DNA of 64,000 nt from an uncultured Actinomycetes bacterium (lineage in GTDB: Bacteria > Actinomycetota > Thermoleophilia > UBA2241). The translations under genes and the position numbers were made by a program. Where the stretch lies: contig CAVPVX010000007.1 of the NCBI GenBank assembly GCA_963709345.1, positions 448,001-512,000 on the forward strand, written 5' to 3'. Shown in pieces: positions 9,610 to 17,967 of this stretch; the stretch's first letter is position 1, and each line of letters opens with the position of its first letter. The notes under the pieces were generated by a model that ran no database searches, had not been told where the DNA came from, and saw only the letters and a list, made by a program, of their open reading frames with translations.

Positions 9610-10221
9610 ATGGCGACCAAGAGTGGGGCCACGAAGCAGCCCAAGGCACCCAGCGGCCTCACGGAGATCCGCTGGCACGGCCGCGGCGGCCAGGGGGCCG
9701 TCACGGCGGCCAAGATGGTCGCCGAACTGGCGCTCGGCGAGAAGAAGTACTTCCAGGCGTTCCCCGAGTACGGGCCCGAGCGCTCGGGCGCGCCGATCGT
9801 CGCCTTCACGCGCGTCAGCGACGAGCCTATCCAGGTGTACGCCGGCGTCGAGCACCCGCAGATCGTCGTCGTGCTCGACCCGTCGCTGCTCGGCGTCGTC
9901 GACGTCACCAAGGGCGCGCCGGACGACGCCATCGTGCTCGTCAACAGCGAGATGACCCCCGCCGAGCTGCGCAAGCACTACAAGCTCGAGGGCTTCCGGT
10001 ACTGCACGATCGCGGCGACCCGCATCGCCACCGAGACGATCAAGCGGCCCATCCCCAACACCCCCATGGTCGGCGCCCTCACGCGCATCACGGGGCTCTT
10101 CCCGATCGACGACGTCGTCGCGTTCCTGCGCGAGGACTTCGGCAAGAAGTTCCCGCCCAAGGTGGTCGAAGGCAACATCAACGCGATCACCCGCAGCTAC
10201 GAGGAGGTCAAGGCCGAATGA
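9610..10221 (+). CDS. porC: Pyruvate/2-oxoacid:ferredoxin oxidoreductase gamma subunit
   Basis: EIRWHGRGGQGAVTAA, FPEYGPERSGAP, PNTPMVGA; alternative GTG start at 9604 overlaps the recR stop. Confidence 0.93.
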   Translation: MATKSGATKQPKAPSGLTEIRWHGRGGQGAVTAAKMVAELALGEKKYFQAFPEYGPERSGAPIVAFTRVSDEPIQVYAGVEHPQIVVVLDPSLLGVVDVTKGAPDDAIVLVNSEMTPAELRKHYKLEGFRYCTIAATRIATETIKRPIPNTPMVGALTRITGLFPIDDVVAFLREDFGKKFPPKVVEGNINAITRSYEEVKAE

Positions 10222-10604
10222 CCGTCGACAAGAAGGCCGGGGCCAAGAAGCCGGTCCCCCTCAAGAAGCCCCGCGCCCGCAAGGCCGCGACGAAGAAGCC
10301 CGCGTGGGACATCAGCGATGTCGACTCGTGGGGCCCCGAGCGACACGAGCTCGGCGCGACGATCATCGAAGCCGGGAACTCCGTGTACAACGAGACCGGC
10401 GGCTGGCGCTCGATGGTCCCCGAGATCGACAGGGCGAAGTGCGACGGCTGCATGCTCTGCTACTTCTACTGCCCCGACGCCTCGATCGTGATCGAGGGCG
10501 GCAAGGCCGTCGGCGTCGACCTCGAGCACTGCAAGGGCTGCGGCATCTGCGCCAGGGAGTGCCCCACCGACGCCATCGTCATGAAGATCGACGCGAAGGA
10601 GTGA
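10218..10604 (+). CDS. porD: POR delta subunit, 2x[4Fe-4S] ferredoxin-like
   Basis: TGGWRSMVP, CDGCMLCYFYCPD, CKGCGICARECP; ATGA overlap with porC. Confidence 0.92.
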   Translation: MTVDKKAGAKKPVPLKKPRARKAATKKPAWDISDVDSWGPERHELGATIIEAGNSVYNETGGWRSMVPEIDRAKCDGCMLCYFYCPDASIVIEGGKAVGVDLEHCKGCGICARECPTDAIVMKIDAKE

Positions 10605-10606
10605 AC

Positions 10607-11810
10607 GTGGCCCCCACCGACACCGAGATCCTCGCGGTCACCGGGAACGAGGCGGCCGCCGAAGCCATGGGTCAGATCGACCCGGACGTGGTGTGCGCCT
10701 ACCCCATCACCCCGCAGACCGAGGTCGTCCAGCTGTTCGCCCAGATGGTCGCCGACGGCAAGGTCGAGAGCGAGTTCGTCACCGTCGAGAGTGAGCACTC
10801 GGCGATGAGCGCCGTGATCGGCTCGGCGGCCGGCGGCGCGCGGACGATGACTGCCACCTCCTCCCAGGGCTACGCCCTCATGTGGGAGGTCCTGTACGTC
10901 GCCGCGAGCTACCGGCTCCCGGTCGTCATGACCACCGTCAACCGCGCCCTCTCCGGCCCCATCAACATCCACTGCGACCACAGCGACACCATGGGCGGCC
11001 GCGACGCCGGCTGGATCCAGCTCTACGGCGAGAACCACCAGGAGGCCTACGACAACTGCATTCAGGCAGTCCGCATCGGCGAGCACGCCGACGTCCGTCT
11101 GCCGGTCACGCACATGTACGACGGCTACGTCATCAGCGGCGCCATCGGCCCGCTGCAGATGCTCACGAAGGAGCAGGTGCAGGAGTTCATCGGCCCGTAT
11201 CACGCGATCAACCCCATGCTCGACACCGAGCACCCCGGTGACGGTGGGTCCCTTCGACGGCCTGCACGGCTGGTACTTCGAGCATAAGGTGGCGCAGAAC
11301 CGCGCCATGGACCGAGCCCTCACGGTGATCCAGGACGTCGCCGACGAGTACGCGGAGCTCAGCGGCCGTCAGTACGGCCTGCTCGACCCGTACCGTCTGG
11401 AGGACGCCGAGGTCGCCATCGTCGTGGTCGGCTCCACCGCCGGCACGACGCGCATGACGGTCGACAAGTTGCGCGCCCAGGGCGTCAAGGCCGGCATGGT
11501 GCGCGTGCGCGCCTTCCGGCCCTTCCCGCACGAGGCATACGCCAAGGCGCTCGAGCACGTCAAGGTCGTGGGCGTCATGGACCGTGCCGATTCGTTCGGC
11601 GCCCAGGGCGGCCCCGTCTTCCTCGAGGTCCGCGCGGCCCTGTACGACAGCGACCCGCGGCCCCAGGTCCTCCCGTTGATCTACGGGCTCGGCGGCCGCG
11701 ACATCTTCCCCAACAACATCGAGCAGGCGTTCGCAGTGCTCCAGAACGCCGCGCAGAGCAAGACGCGGACCTCGACGGAGCGTCGGTACCTCAACCTGCG
11801 CAAGGACTGA
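10607..11810 (+). CDS. porA: POR alpha subunit; one apparent frameshift near 11235 in a C run
   Basis: GNEAAA, AYPITPQT, ESEHSAMS, TATSSQG, NRALSGPINIHCDHSD; C-terminal half in another frame (FRPFP, YGLGGRD). Confidence 0.9.
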
Positions 11811-11820
11811 GGTGACCAGC

Positions 11821-12646
11821 ATGCCCAGAGACAAGGCACGGAACGGCAAGACGAGGATCGAGCCCAAGGGTTCCGCCCTCTACGAAGTCCTCAAGGGCAT
11901 CGACTTCGAGCGCCGCGAGCTGGTCGACAAGAGCAAGGGCGTCGGCCTGTTCGACCTCGTCAAGGCCAGGGACGGCGGCTACCGCTGCTACTCCTGCACC
12001 CTGTGCGAGCGCACTTGCCCCGTCGACTGCATCGAGATCGACTACTGCCCGGAGTTCGAGGAACTGCCCTTCGACGTCGAGGCCGAGCGCGCCGCCGCGC
12101 TGGCGACGCTGCCCGGCGAGAGCTGCGGCGCGGGCGCCGCCTGCGTGATGGGCGAGAAGCCGGCCGGCTACATGCCCGAGATCGACATGAAGCTCTTCGA
12201 CCCCGTGATCGCCGGGCTGCGTGACGGCACCGGCCTCGTCGAGGCGCTGCACGCCACCCAGGACGCCTTCGGCTGGCTGCCGCGCGTGGCGCTCGAGGAG
12301 ATCGCCGGCGAGATGAACCTGCCGTTCTCGCGGGTCTTCGGCGTGGCCAGCTTCTACGCGCAGTTCCGCCTCCAGCCGGTGGGCAAGCACGTGATCGACG
12401 TGTGCATGGGCACCGCCTGCCACGTGGCCGGCGCGCCGCTCGTCGTCGGAGGCCTTCGCCCAGGAGCTCGATACTCCCGTCGGCACCACGACACCCGACG
12501 GCTGTTCACGCTGCAGACGGTGAACTGCATCGGCGCCTGCGCCCTGGCCCCGGCCGTGCGCATCGGCGACGACGACACCCACGGGCGCGTCACGCCCCAG
12601 CGAGGCGCGAAAGCTCATCCGTCAGCTCCGCAAGAAGGAGGCCTGA
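11821..12646 (+). CDS. NuoE/HydC (BfuC)-like [2Fe-2S] subunit with an extra N-terminal NuoI-like CxxCxxCxxxCP segment; frameshifts at ~12450-12610
   Basis: ALHATQDAFGWLP, VASFYAQF, VCMGTACHVAG, VNCIGACALAP; N-terminal CYSCTLCERTCP. Confidence 0.85.
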
Positions 12647-12647
12647 G

Positions 12648-14577
12648 GTGGCGGCCGGCAAGACCAACGGGTCCGCCCGCCAGGCACGCATCGACGAAGC
12701 CCTCAAAGCCGCCCACCGGCCCGAGCTCGCGACCGGCGGCGAAGACACCGTCAAGATACGCGTCTGCGCCGGCTCGACCTGCCACGCCTGGGCCGGACGG
12801 CGCTGAGCCACGCCCTCACCAAGGCGATCGCGAAGCGTGGCCTCACCGACAGCGTCAGCCGTGGTGCTCACCGGCTGTCACGGCCTGTGCCAGGAGGGCC
12901 CCATCGTGGTGGTCCACCCGCAGGGCATCTTCTACCCGAGGCTCAAGGCCAAGGACATCGCCGAGATCGTCGACACGAGCGTCGTCGGCGACGGCGTCGT
13001 CGAGCGCCTGCTCTACAAGGACCCCGCGACCGGTGAGGCCGTCCCGCTCGAGAAGGACGTACCCTTCTAGCGCTGGCCAGACACGCGTCGTGCTGCGCCC
13101 TCAACGGCTACGATCGACCCCTGTCGATCGACGACTACATCTCGCACGGCGGCTACGCCGCGCTGGCAAGCGTGCTCAAGCAGGCCGACCCCGAAGCCGT
13201 GATCGCCGAGGTCGAGAAGAGCGGCCTGCGCGGCCGCGGCGGCGCCGGCTTCCCCGACGGGCAGGAAGTGGCGCTTCTGCCGCGCCAATCCGGGCGAGAA
13301 GCACTACGTCATCTGCAACGGCGACGAGGGCGACCCCGGCGCGTTCATGGACCGCGTCGGTGCTCGAGGACGACCCGCACCGCGTGATCGAGGGCATGCT
13401 CATCGCCGCCTTCGCGATCGGCGCCGACGAGGGCTACGTGTACGTGCGCCACGAGTACCCGTTCGCCGTCGCGCGCCTGCGCGACGCGCTGGAGCAGGCG
13501 CGTGAGCGCGGCCTGCTCGACGACGACATCCTCGGCTACGGGCTTGGAGCTTCGACCTGCGCATCAACCAGGGCGCCGGCGCCTTCGTCTGCGGCGAGTC
13601 GACCGCCCTCACCGCCTCCATCGAGGGACATCGCGGCATGCCGCGCGGCAAGCACATCCGCACGGTCGGCCCGCGGCCTCTGGGGTCAGCCGACCAACCT
13701 CAACAACGTCGAGAGCTACGCCAACGGTGCCGTGGATCATCAACCACGGCGCCGACGCCTTCGCGGCGATGGGCACGGAGACGTGCAAAGGGCACCAAGA
13801 TCTTCTCGCTCACCGGCAAGGTACGGAACTCCGGCCTCGTCGAGGTCCCCATGGGCGCCACGCTGCGCGAAGTGATCTTCGACATCGGTGGCGGCATGCA
13901 GGAGGGCCACGAGTTCAAGGCCGTGCAGCTCGGCGGCCCGCAGCGGGGGCTGCCTGCCCGCCGAGCTCCTCGACACGCCCATCGACTTCGAGAACCTCAT
14001 GGCCAAGTACGGCTCGATGATGGGCTCCGGCGGCATGGTCGTCGTCGACGAGACCACCTGTATGGTCGACTTCGCCAAGTTCTTCTTCCGGTTCACCGCG
14101 GAGGAGAGCTGCGGCAAGTGCGTGCCGTGCCGCGTCGGCACCCAGCGCATGCTGGAGATCCTCGAGCGCATCACCGCGGGCATGGGCACCGTCGACGACA
14201 TCGACCTGCTCGAACGGCTCAGCGGCGACATCGTCGAGGGTTCGCTCTGCCAGCTCGGCGGCAGCGCTCCCAACCCCGTGCTCACCATGCTGCGGTACTT
14301 CCGCGACGAGGTCATGGCTCACGTGGTCGACCACCGCTGCCCGGCCAAGGTGTGCCGGCCGCTGATCCGCTACACCATCGACGCCGACGCCTGCACCGGC
14401 TGCCACGTCTGCGTTGACGCCTGCCCGACCAACGCCATCAGCGGCGAGCGCAAGCAGCTGCACCTCATCGACCAGAAGCTCTGCATCCAGTGCGACACCT
14501 GCCGCCAGGTCTGCAAATTCGACGCCATCCCCGTCGTCGACGCGGAACCGGCGCTGATCGAAGGGAGGCGGCAGTGA
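12648..14577 (+). CDS. NuoF/HydB (BfuB)-like FMN/NADH-binding subunit with N-terminal [2Fe-2S] domain and C-terminal 2x[4Fe-4S]; several frameshifts 12790-13940
   Basis: Stitched across frames: [103 protein letters not shown]. Confidence 0.88.
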
Positions 14578-17500
14578 GCACGCGTACCAAAGCCGCCGTG
14601 AGACTCACCATCAACGGCACGACGCTGAACGCCCGCGAGGGCGAGACCGTCCTGCAGGTCGCGCGCCGCGAAGGCATCGAGATCCCGGCGCTGTGCCACG
14701 AAGAGGGCACAGCGGCGTGGGGCGCCTGCCGCCTCTGCATGGTCGAGGTCGAAGGCCTCGACAAGCTGCAAGCGGCCTGCACCACATGGGTCAAGGACGG
14801 CCAGGTGGTCAAGACCGACACGCCGCGTGTCCGCGCCCGGCGCGAGAGCTACCTCAAGATGTACCTCTCGGACCACAACGCCTACTGCGAGGCGCCCTGC
14901 TCGGACGCCTGCCCGACGCACATCGACATCCCCGCGTACATGGCGGCGCTGGCCGGCGGCGACGCATCCGCGGCCGCCGCGATCGTGCGCGAGGAGCTGC
15001 CGTTCCCCGGCATCCTCGGGCGCGTCTGCCCGCGCTACTGCGAGCCGGTGTGCCGGCGCGGCGACATCGACGAGCCGATCGCCATCTGCGCCCTGCACCG
15101 GGCGGCCGCAGACCACAGCGACACGCTGCTCGTGCCCGGCATCCCGACCGGCAGACGCGTCGCCGTCATCGGCGCCGGCCCGGCCGGCCTCGCCGCAGCC
15201 TGGTTCCTGACCGAACGCGGCAACCAGGTCACGGTCTACGACGCGAACGAGAAGGCCGGCGGCTCGCTCCGCTACAGCATTCCCGAGTTCCGTCTCCCGG
15301 AGAAGGTCGTCGACAAGGAGCTCGCGCCGTTGTGGCAGGCGGGCGTGCGCTTCGCCGGCGAGTCGGAGCTCGGCTACGAGGTCGATCCCGACGGGCTCTT
15401 CGACGCCGGCTTCGACGCCGTCGTGATCAGCGTCGGCACGTGGGAGGAGCCCGAGCACATCCTCCCCGGCGACGACGTCGCGCTCCGCGGCCTCGAGCTG
15501 CTGCGCCGCGCCCGCGAGGGCCGCGCGGTCAAGTTCACACAGAAGGTCGCCGTGATCGGCGACGGCATCACCGCCCTCGACGTGGCGCGCACGGCGCGGC
15601 GCAAGGGGGCCAAGCAGGTCGTCGTCATCGCCCAGCACGACGCCGAGAGCATCCCGGCCGGCGCGCGCGAGCTCGCGGCCGCACTCGAGGAGGGCGTCAA
15701 GTTCGAGTTCGGCACCCTCGCCAAGAAGGTCAAGACCAGGTCCGGCAAGGCCCAAGGCGTGGAGTGCGTGCGCGTGGTGCGCGAAAAGGGCCGCACCAAG
15801 GAGGTCCGCGGCTCGCGCTTCGAGATGGCCGCCACGACCGTGGTGCTGGCCACCGGGTACGCACCCAAGCTCGGAGACAGCGCCGACTACCTACCGCTCT
15901 CGGACGGCGTCCGGCTGATGGCGAACCACTACACCGGGCGCACGCCCGAAGACGGCGTGTTCGCGGCCGGCGACGCCAGCACCGGCCCCCGGTCCGTCAT
16001 CCACGCCGTCGCCGGCGGCAAGCGCACGGCGCTCGCCGTGGACGCCTGGCTCCGCGGCGAGGACCTCGAGGAGCTCGAGGAGAACCTCGCCGTGTTCGCC
16101 GGCCTCCCCTACCTCGAGCAGCTCAAAGACGAGGAGCGGCTGGGCGAGCTCGGCCTGCGCCTCGCCGAGCGCAGCCCCGTGTGGCTCAAGATGGGCGCGA
16201 GCGCCGAACCTGCGGCTCGCGCCACCATGCCCAAGGTCGGCAAGGTCAAGCGCCTCTCGGCGACCGACGTCGAGGTCGAAAAGGGGTACAGCCTCGCCGC
16301 CGCCCGCTCCGAAGCCATGCGCTGCCTGCAGTGCGAGTGCCCGAGCAACGGCGCCTGCGACCTGCAGAGGCTCGGGGTGGAGTACGGCGTCTCCGACAAC
16401 GAGCTCATCGTCAAGGGCGGCCTCGTGCGCAAGGTCGAGGCGCAGTACGAGCACCCCTTCATCCGCCGCGACATGGATCGCTGCATCGCCTGCGGCAAGT
16501 GCGTGCGCGTGTGCCGGGACGTGGCCGGCCCGGCCTGCTACGACTTCACCGGGCGAGGCTTCGCGATCAACGTCGACACACCGTACGGCGAGGCCCTCCA
16601 GCTCGCCGATTGCATCTCCTGCGGGCGCTGCGTCACCTCGTGCCCGACCGGCGCGCTCACCTACAACGAGCGTGAGCTCAGCTCGTTCCGCGTCGACGAG
16701 AGCCGCTGCATCATGTGCCACGAGTGCGTGGACGTCTGCCCCGTCGACGCTCTCAAGGAGACCAATCACTTCGAGAACGCGCGCACGAAGTGGCTCGAGC
16801 TCGTGGCTCAGGGCAGCCAGCTCGCCGGCGGGCACCGCATGTGCGCCGGCTGCGGCGCGCCGATCGTCGTCCGCCAGGTCCTCATGGGCACGAGCGACCC
16901 GGTGGTCGTGAGCGCGGCGACCGGCTGCCTGGAGGTGAGCACGACGATCTATCCGTACACATCGTGGAAAGGCAGCTACATCCACACCGCCTTCGAGAAC
17001 GCGGCCGCCACGCTGAGCGGCGTTGAGACCGCCTACCGCGCCCTCAAGAAGAAGGGCAAGCTGGAGGAGAACGTCAAGTTCATCGCCTTCGGCGGCGACG
17101 GCGGCACCTACGACATCGGCCTGCAGTCGCTGTCGGGCGCCATGGAGCGCGGCCACGACATGCTCTACGTCTGCTACGACAACGGCGCCTACATGAACAC
17201 CGGTTTCCAGCGCTCCGGCGCCACCCCACATGGCGCCTGGACGACGACGAGCCCCGTGGGCAAGGAGACGGCGGGCAAACTCCAGAACCGCAAGAACCTC
17301 ACCGACATCATGATCGCTCACGAGCTAGGCTACGTGGCTCAGGCCTCGCCGCACGACCCGCGCGATCTCGTGCGCAAGGCGTCCAAGGCACTGGCGACTC
17401 CGGGCGCCTCGTTCCTCAACGTCCTGGCGCCCTGCCCCCGCGGCTGGCGCGCAGACGGAGCCGAGACCATCGACCTCGCCCGCGAGGCCGTCAACACCTG

Positions 17501-17756
17501 CTACTGGCCGCTTTTCGAGGTGGTGGACGGCGAGTACCGCCTCACCTATCGGCCGCACCACAAGATGCCGCTCATCCCCTGGCTCAAGCGCCAGGGCCGC
17601 TTCGCCCACCTGTTCAAGCCCGGGAACGAGGAGACGCTCCTCAACCTCGAGGCCTGGGTGGACAAGGAATGGGAGAAGCTGCTGCGCAAGTGCGACGAGC
17701 CCAGCGAGGCCGACTGGCAAGACTACCTGCAGTCCAACGGCTGCCTGCTGCGCTGA
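14574..17756 (+). CDS. Multidomain fusion: NuoG/HydA (BfuA)-type Fe-S scaffold + GltD/NfnB-like FAD domain + extra 4Fe-4S motif + POR beta (TPP-binding) subunit
   Basis: Single uninterrupted ORF: IPALC...CRLC...AACTT, APCSDACP, GRVCPRYCEPVC, VIGAGPAG, VFAAGD, RCLQCEC, CIACGKCVRVC, CISCGRCVTSCP, CIMCHECVDVCP, then GHRMCAGC, GGDGGTYDIG, YDNGAYMNTG, PCPRGW. Confidence 0.9.
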   Translation: MSTRTKAAVRLTINGTTLNAREGETVLQVARREGIEIPALCHEEGTAAWGACRLCMVEVEGLDKLQAACTTWVKDGQVVKTDTPRVRARRESYLKMYLSDHNAYCEAPCSDACPTHIDIPAYMAALAGGDASAAAAIVREELPFPGILGRVCPRYCEPVCRRGDIDEPIAICALHRAAADHSDTLLVPGIPTGRRVAVIGAGPAGLAAAWFLTERGNQVTVYDANEKAGGSLRYSIPEFRLPEKVVDKELAPLWQAGVRFAGESELGYEVDPDGLFDAGFDAVVISVGTWEEPEHILPGDDVALRGLELLRRAREGRAVKFTQKVAVIGDGITALDVARTARRKGAKQVVVIAQHDAESIPAGARELAAALEEGVKFEFGTLAKKVKTRSGKAQGVECVRVVREKGRTKEVRGSRFEMAATTVVLATGYAPKLGDSADYLPLSDGVRLMANHYTGRTPEDGVFAAGDASTGPRSVIHAVAGGKRTALAVDAWLRGEDLEELEENLAVFAGLPYLEQLKDEERLGELGLRLAERSPVWLKMGASAEPAARATMPKVGKVKRLSATDVEVEKGYSLAAARSEAMRCLQCECPSNGACDLQRLGVEYGVSDNELIVKGGLVRKVEAQYEHPFIRRDMDRCIACGKCVRVCRDVAGPACYDFTGRGFAINVDTPYGEALQLADCISCGRCVTSCPTGALTYNERELSSFRVDESRCIMCHECVDVCPVDALKETNHFENARTKWLELVAQGSQLAGGHRMCAGCGAPIVVRQVLMGTSDPVVVSAATGCLEVSTTIYPYTSWKGSYIHTAFENAAATLSGVETAYRALKKKGKLEENVKFIAFGGDGGTYDIGLQSLSGAMERGHDMLYVCYDNGAYMNTGFQRSGATPHGAWTTTSPVGKETAGKLQNRKNLTDIMIAHELGYVAQASPHDPRDLVRKASKALATPGASFLNVLAPCPRGWRADGAETIDLAREAVNTCYWPLFEVVDGEYRLTYRPHHKMPLIPWLKRQGRFAHLFKPGNEETLLNLEAWVDKEWEKLLRKCDEPSEADWQDYLQSNGCLLR

Positions 17757-17763
17757 AGGAACG

Positions 17764-17807
17764 GCCGAGTCCACCGCGACCCTCACCCGGGTGGCGGTGG
17801 ACTCGGC
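17764..17807 (+). terminator. Stem-loop after the por/bfu operon
   Basis: GCCGAGTCCACCGC...GCGGTGGACTCGGC 14-bp inverted repeat starting 8 nt after the stop. Confidence 0.6.
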
Positions 17808-17832
17808 GCCTATGACCTTCTGTTCGACGGAA

Positions 17833-17870
17833 GAGACCAGGGTGCATCCTGCGCCCTGGTCTCCTCCTTT
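17833..17870 (+). terminator. Second hairpin with pyrimidine tail between the operon and acs
   Basis: GAGACCAGGG...CCCTGGTCTC followed by CTCCTTT. Confidence 0.5.
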
Positions 17871-17967
17871 GTCAGCTCGATGCGATGTTGCGCGTGCCTC
17901 GCAGGCCCGACGGCGAGCGTCACGTGTCACCGCTCGCGGAGCCAGTGGACCGTGAAAGGGAGGAAGC

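Noticed and set aside
13068-13070. In-frame TAG in the NuoF-like gene as pyrrolysine or readthrough
   Set aside because: Removing one G restores [12 protein letters not shown] and the downstream frame; it is an insertion error among many nearby.
11821-14577. nuoE/nuoF as part of respiratory complex I or an [FeFe]-hydrogenase
   Set aside because: No membrane nuo genes, and the third subunit has no H-cluster or molybdopterin domain; it ends in POR beta.
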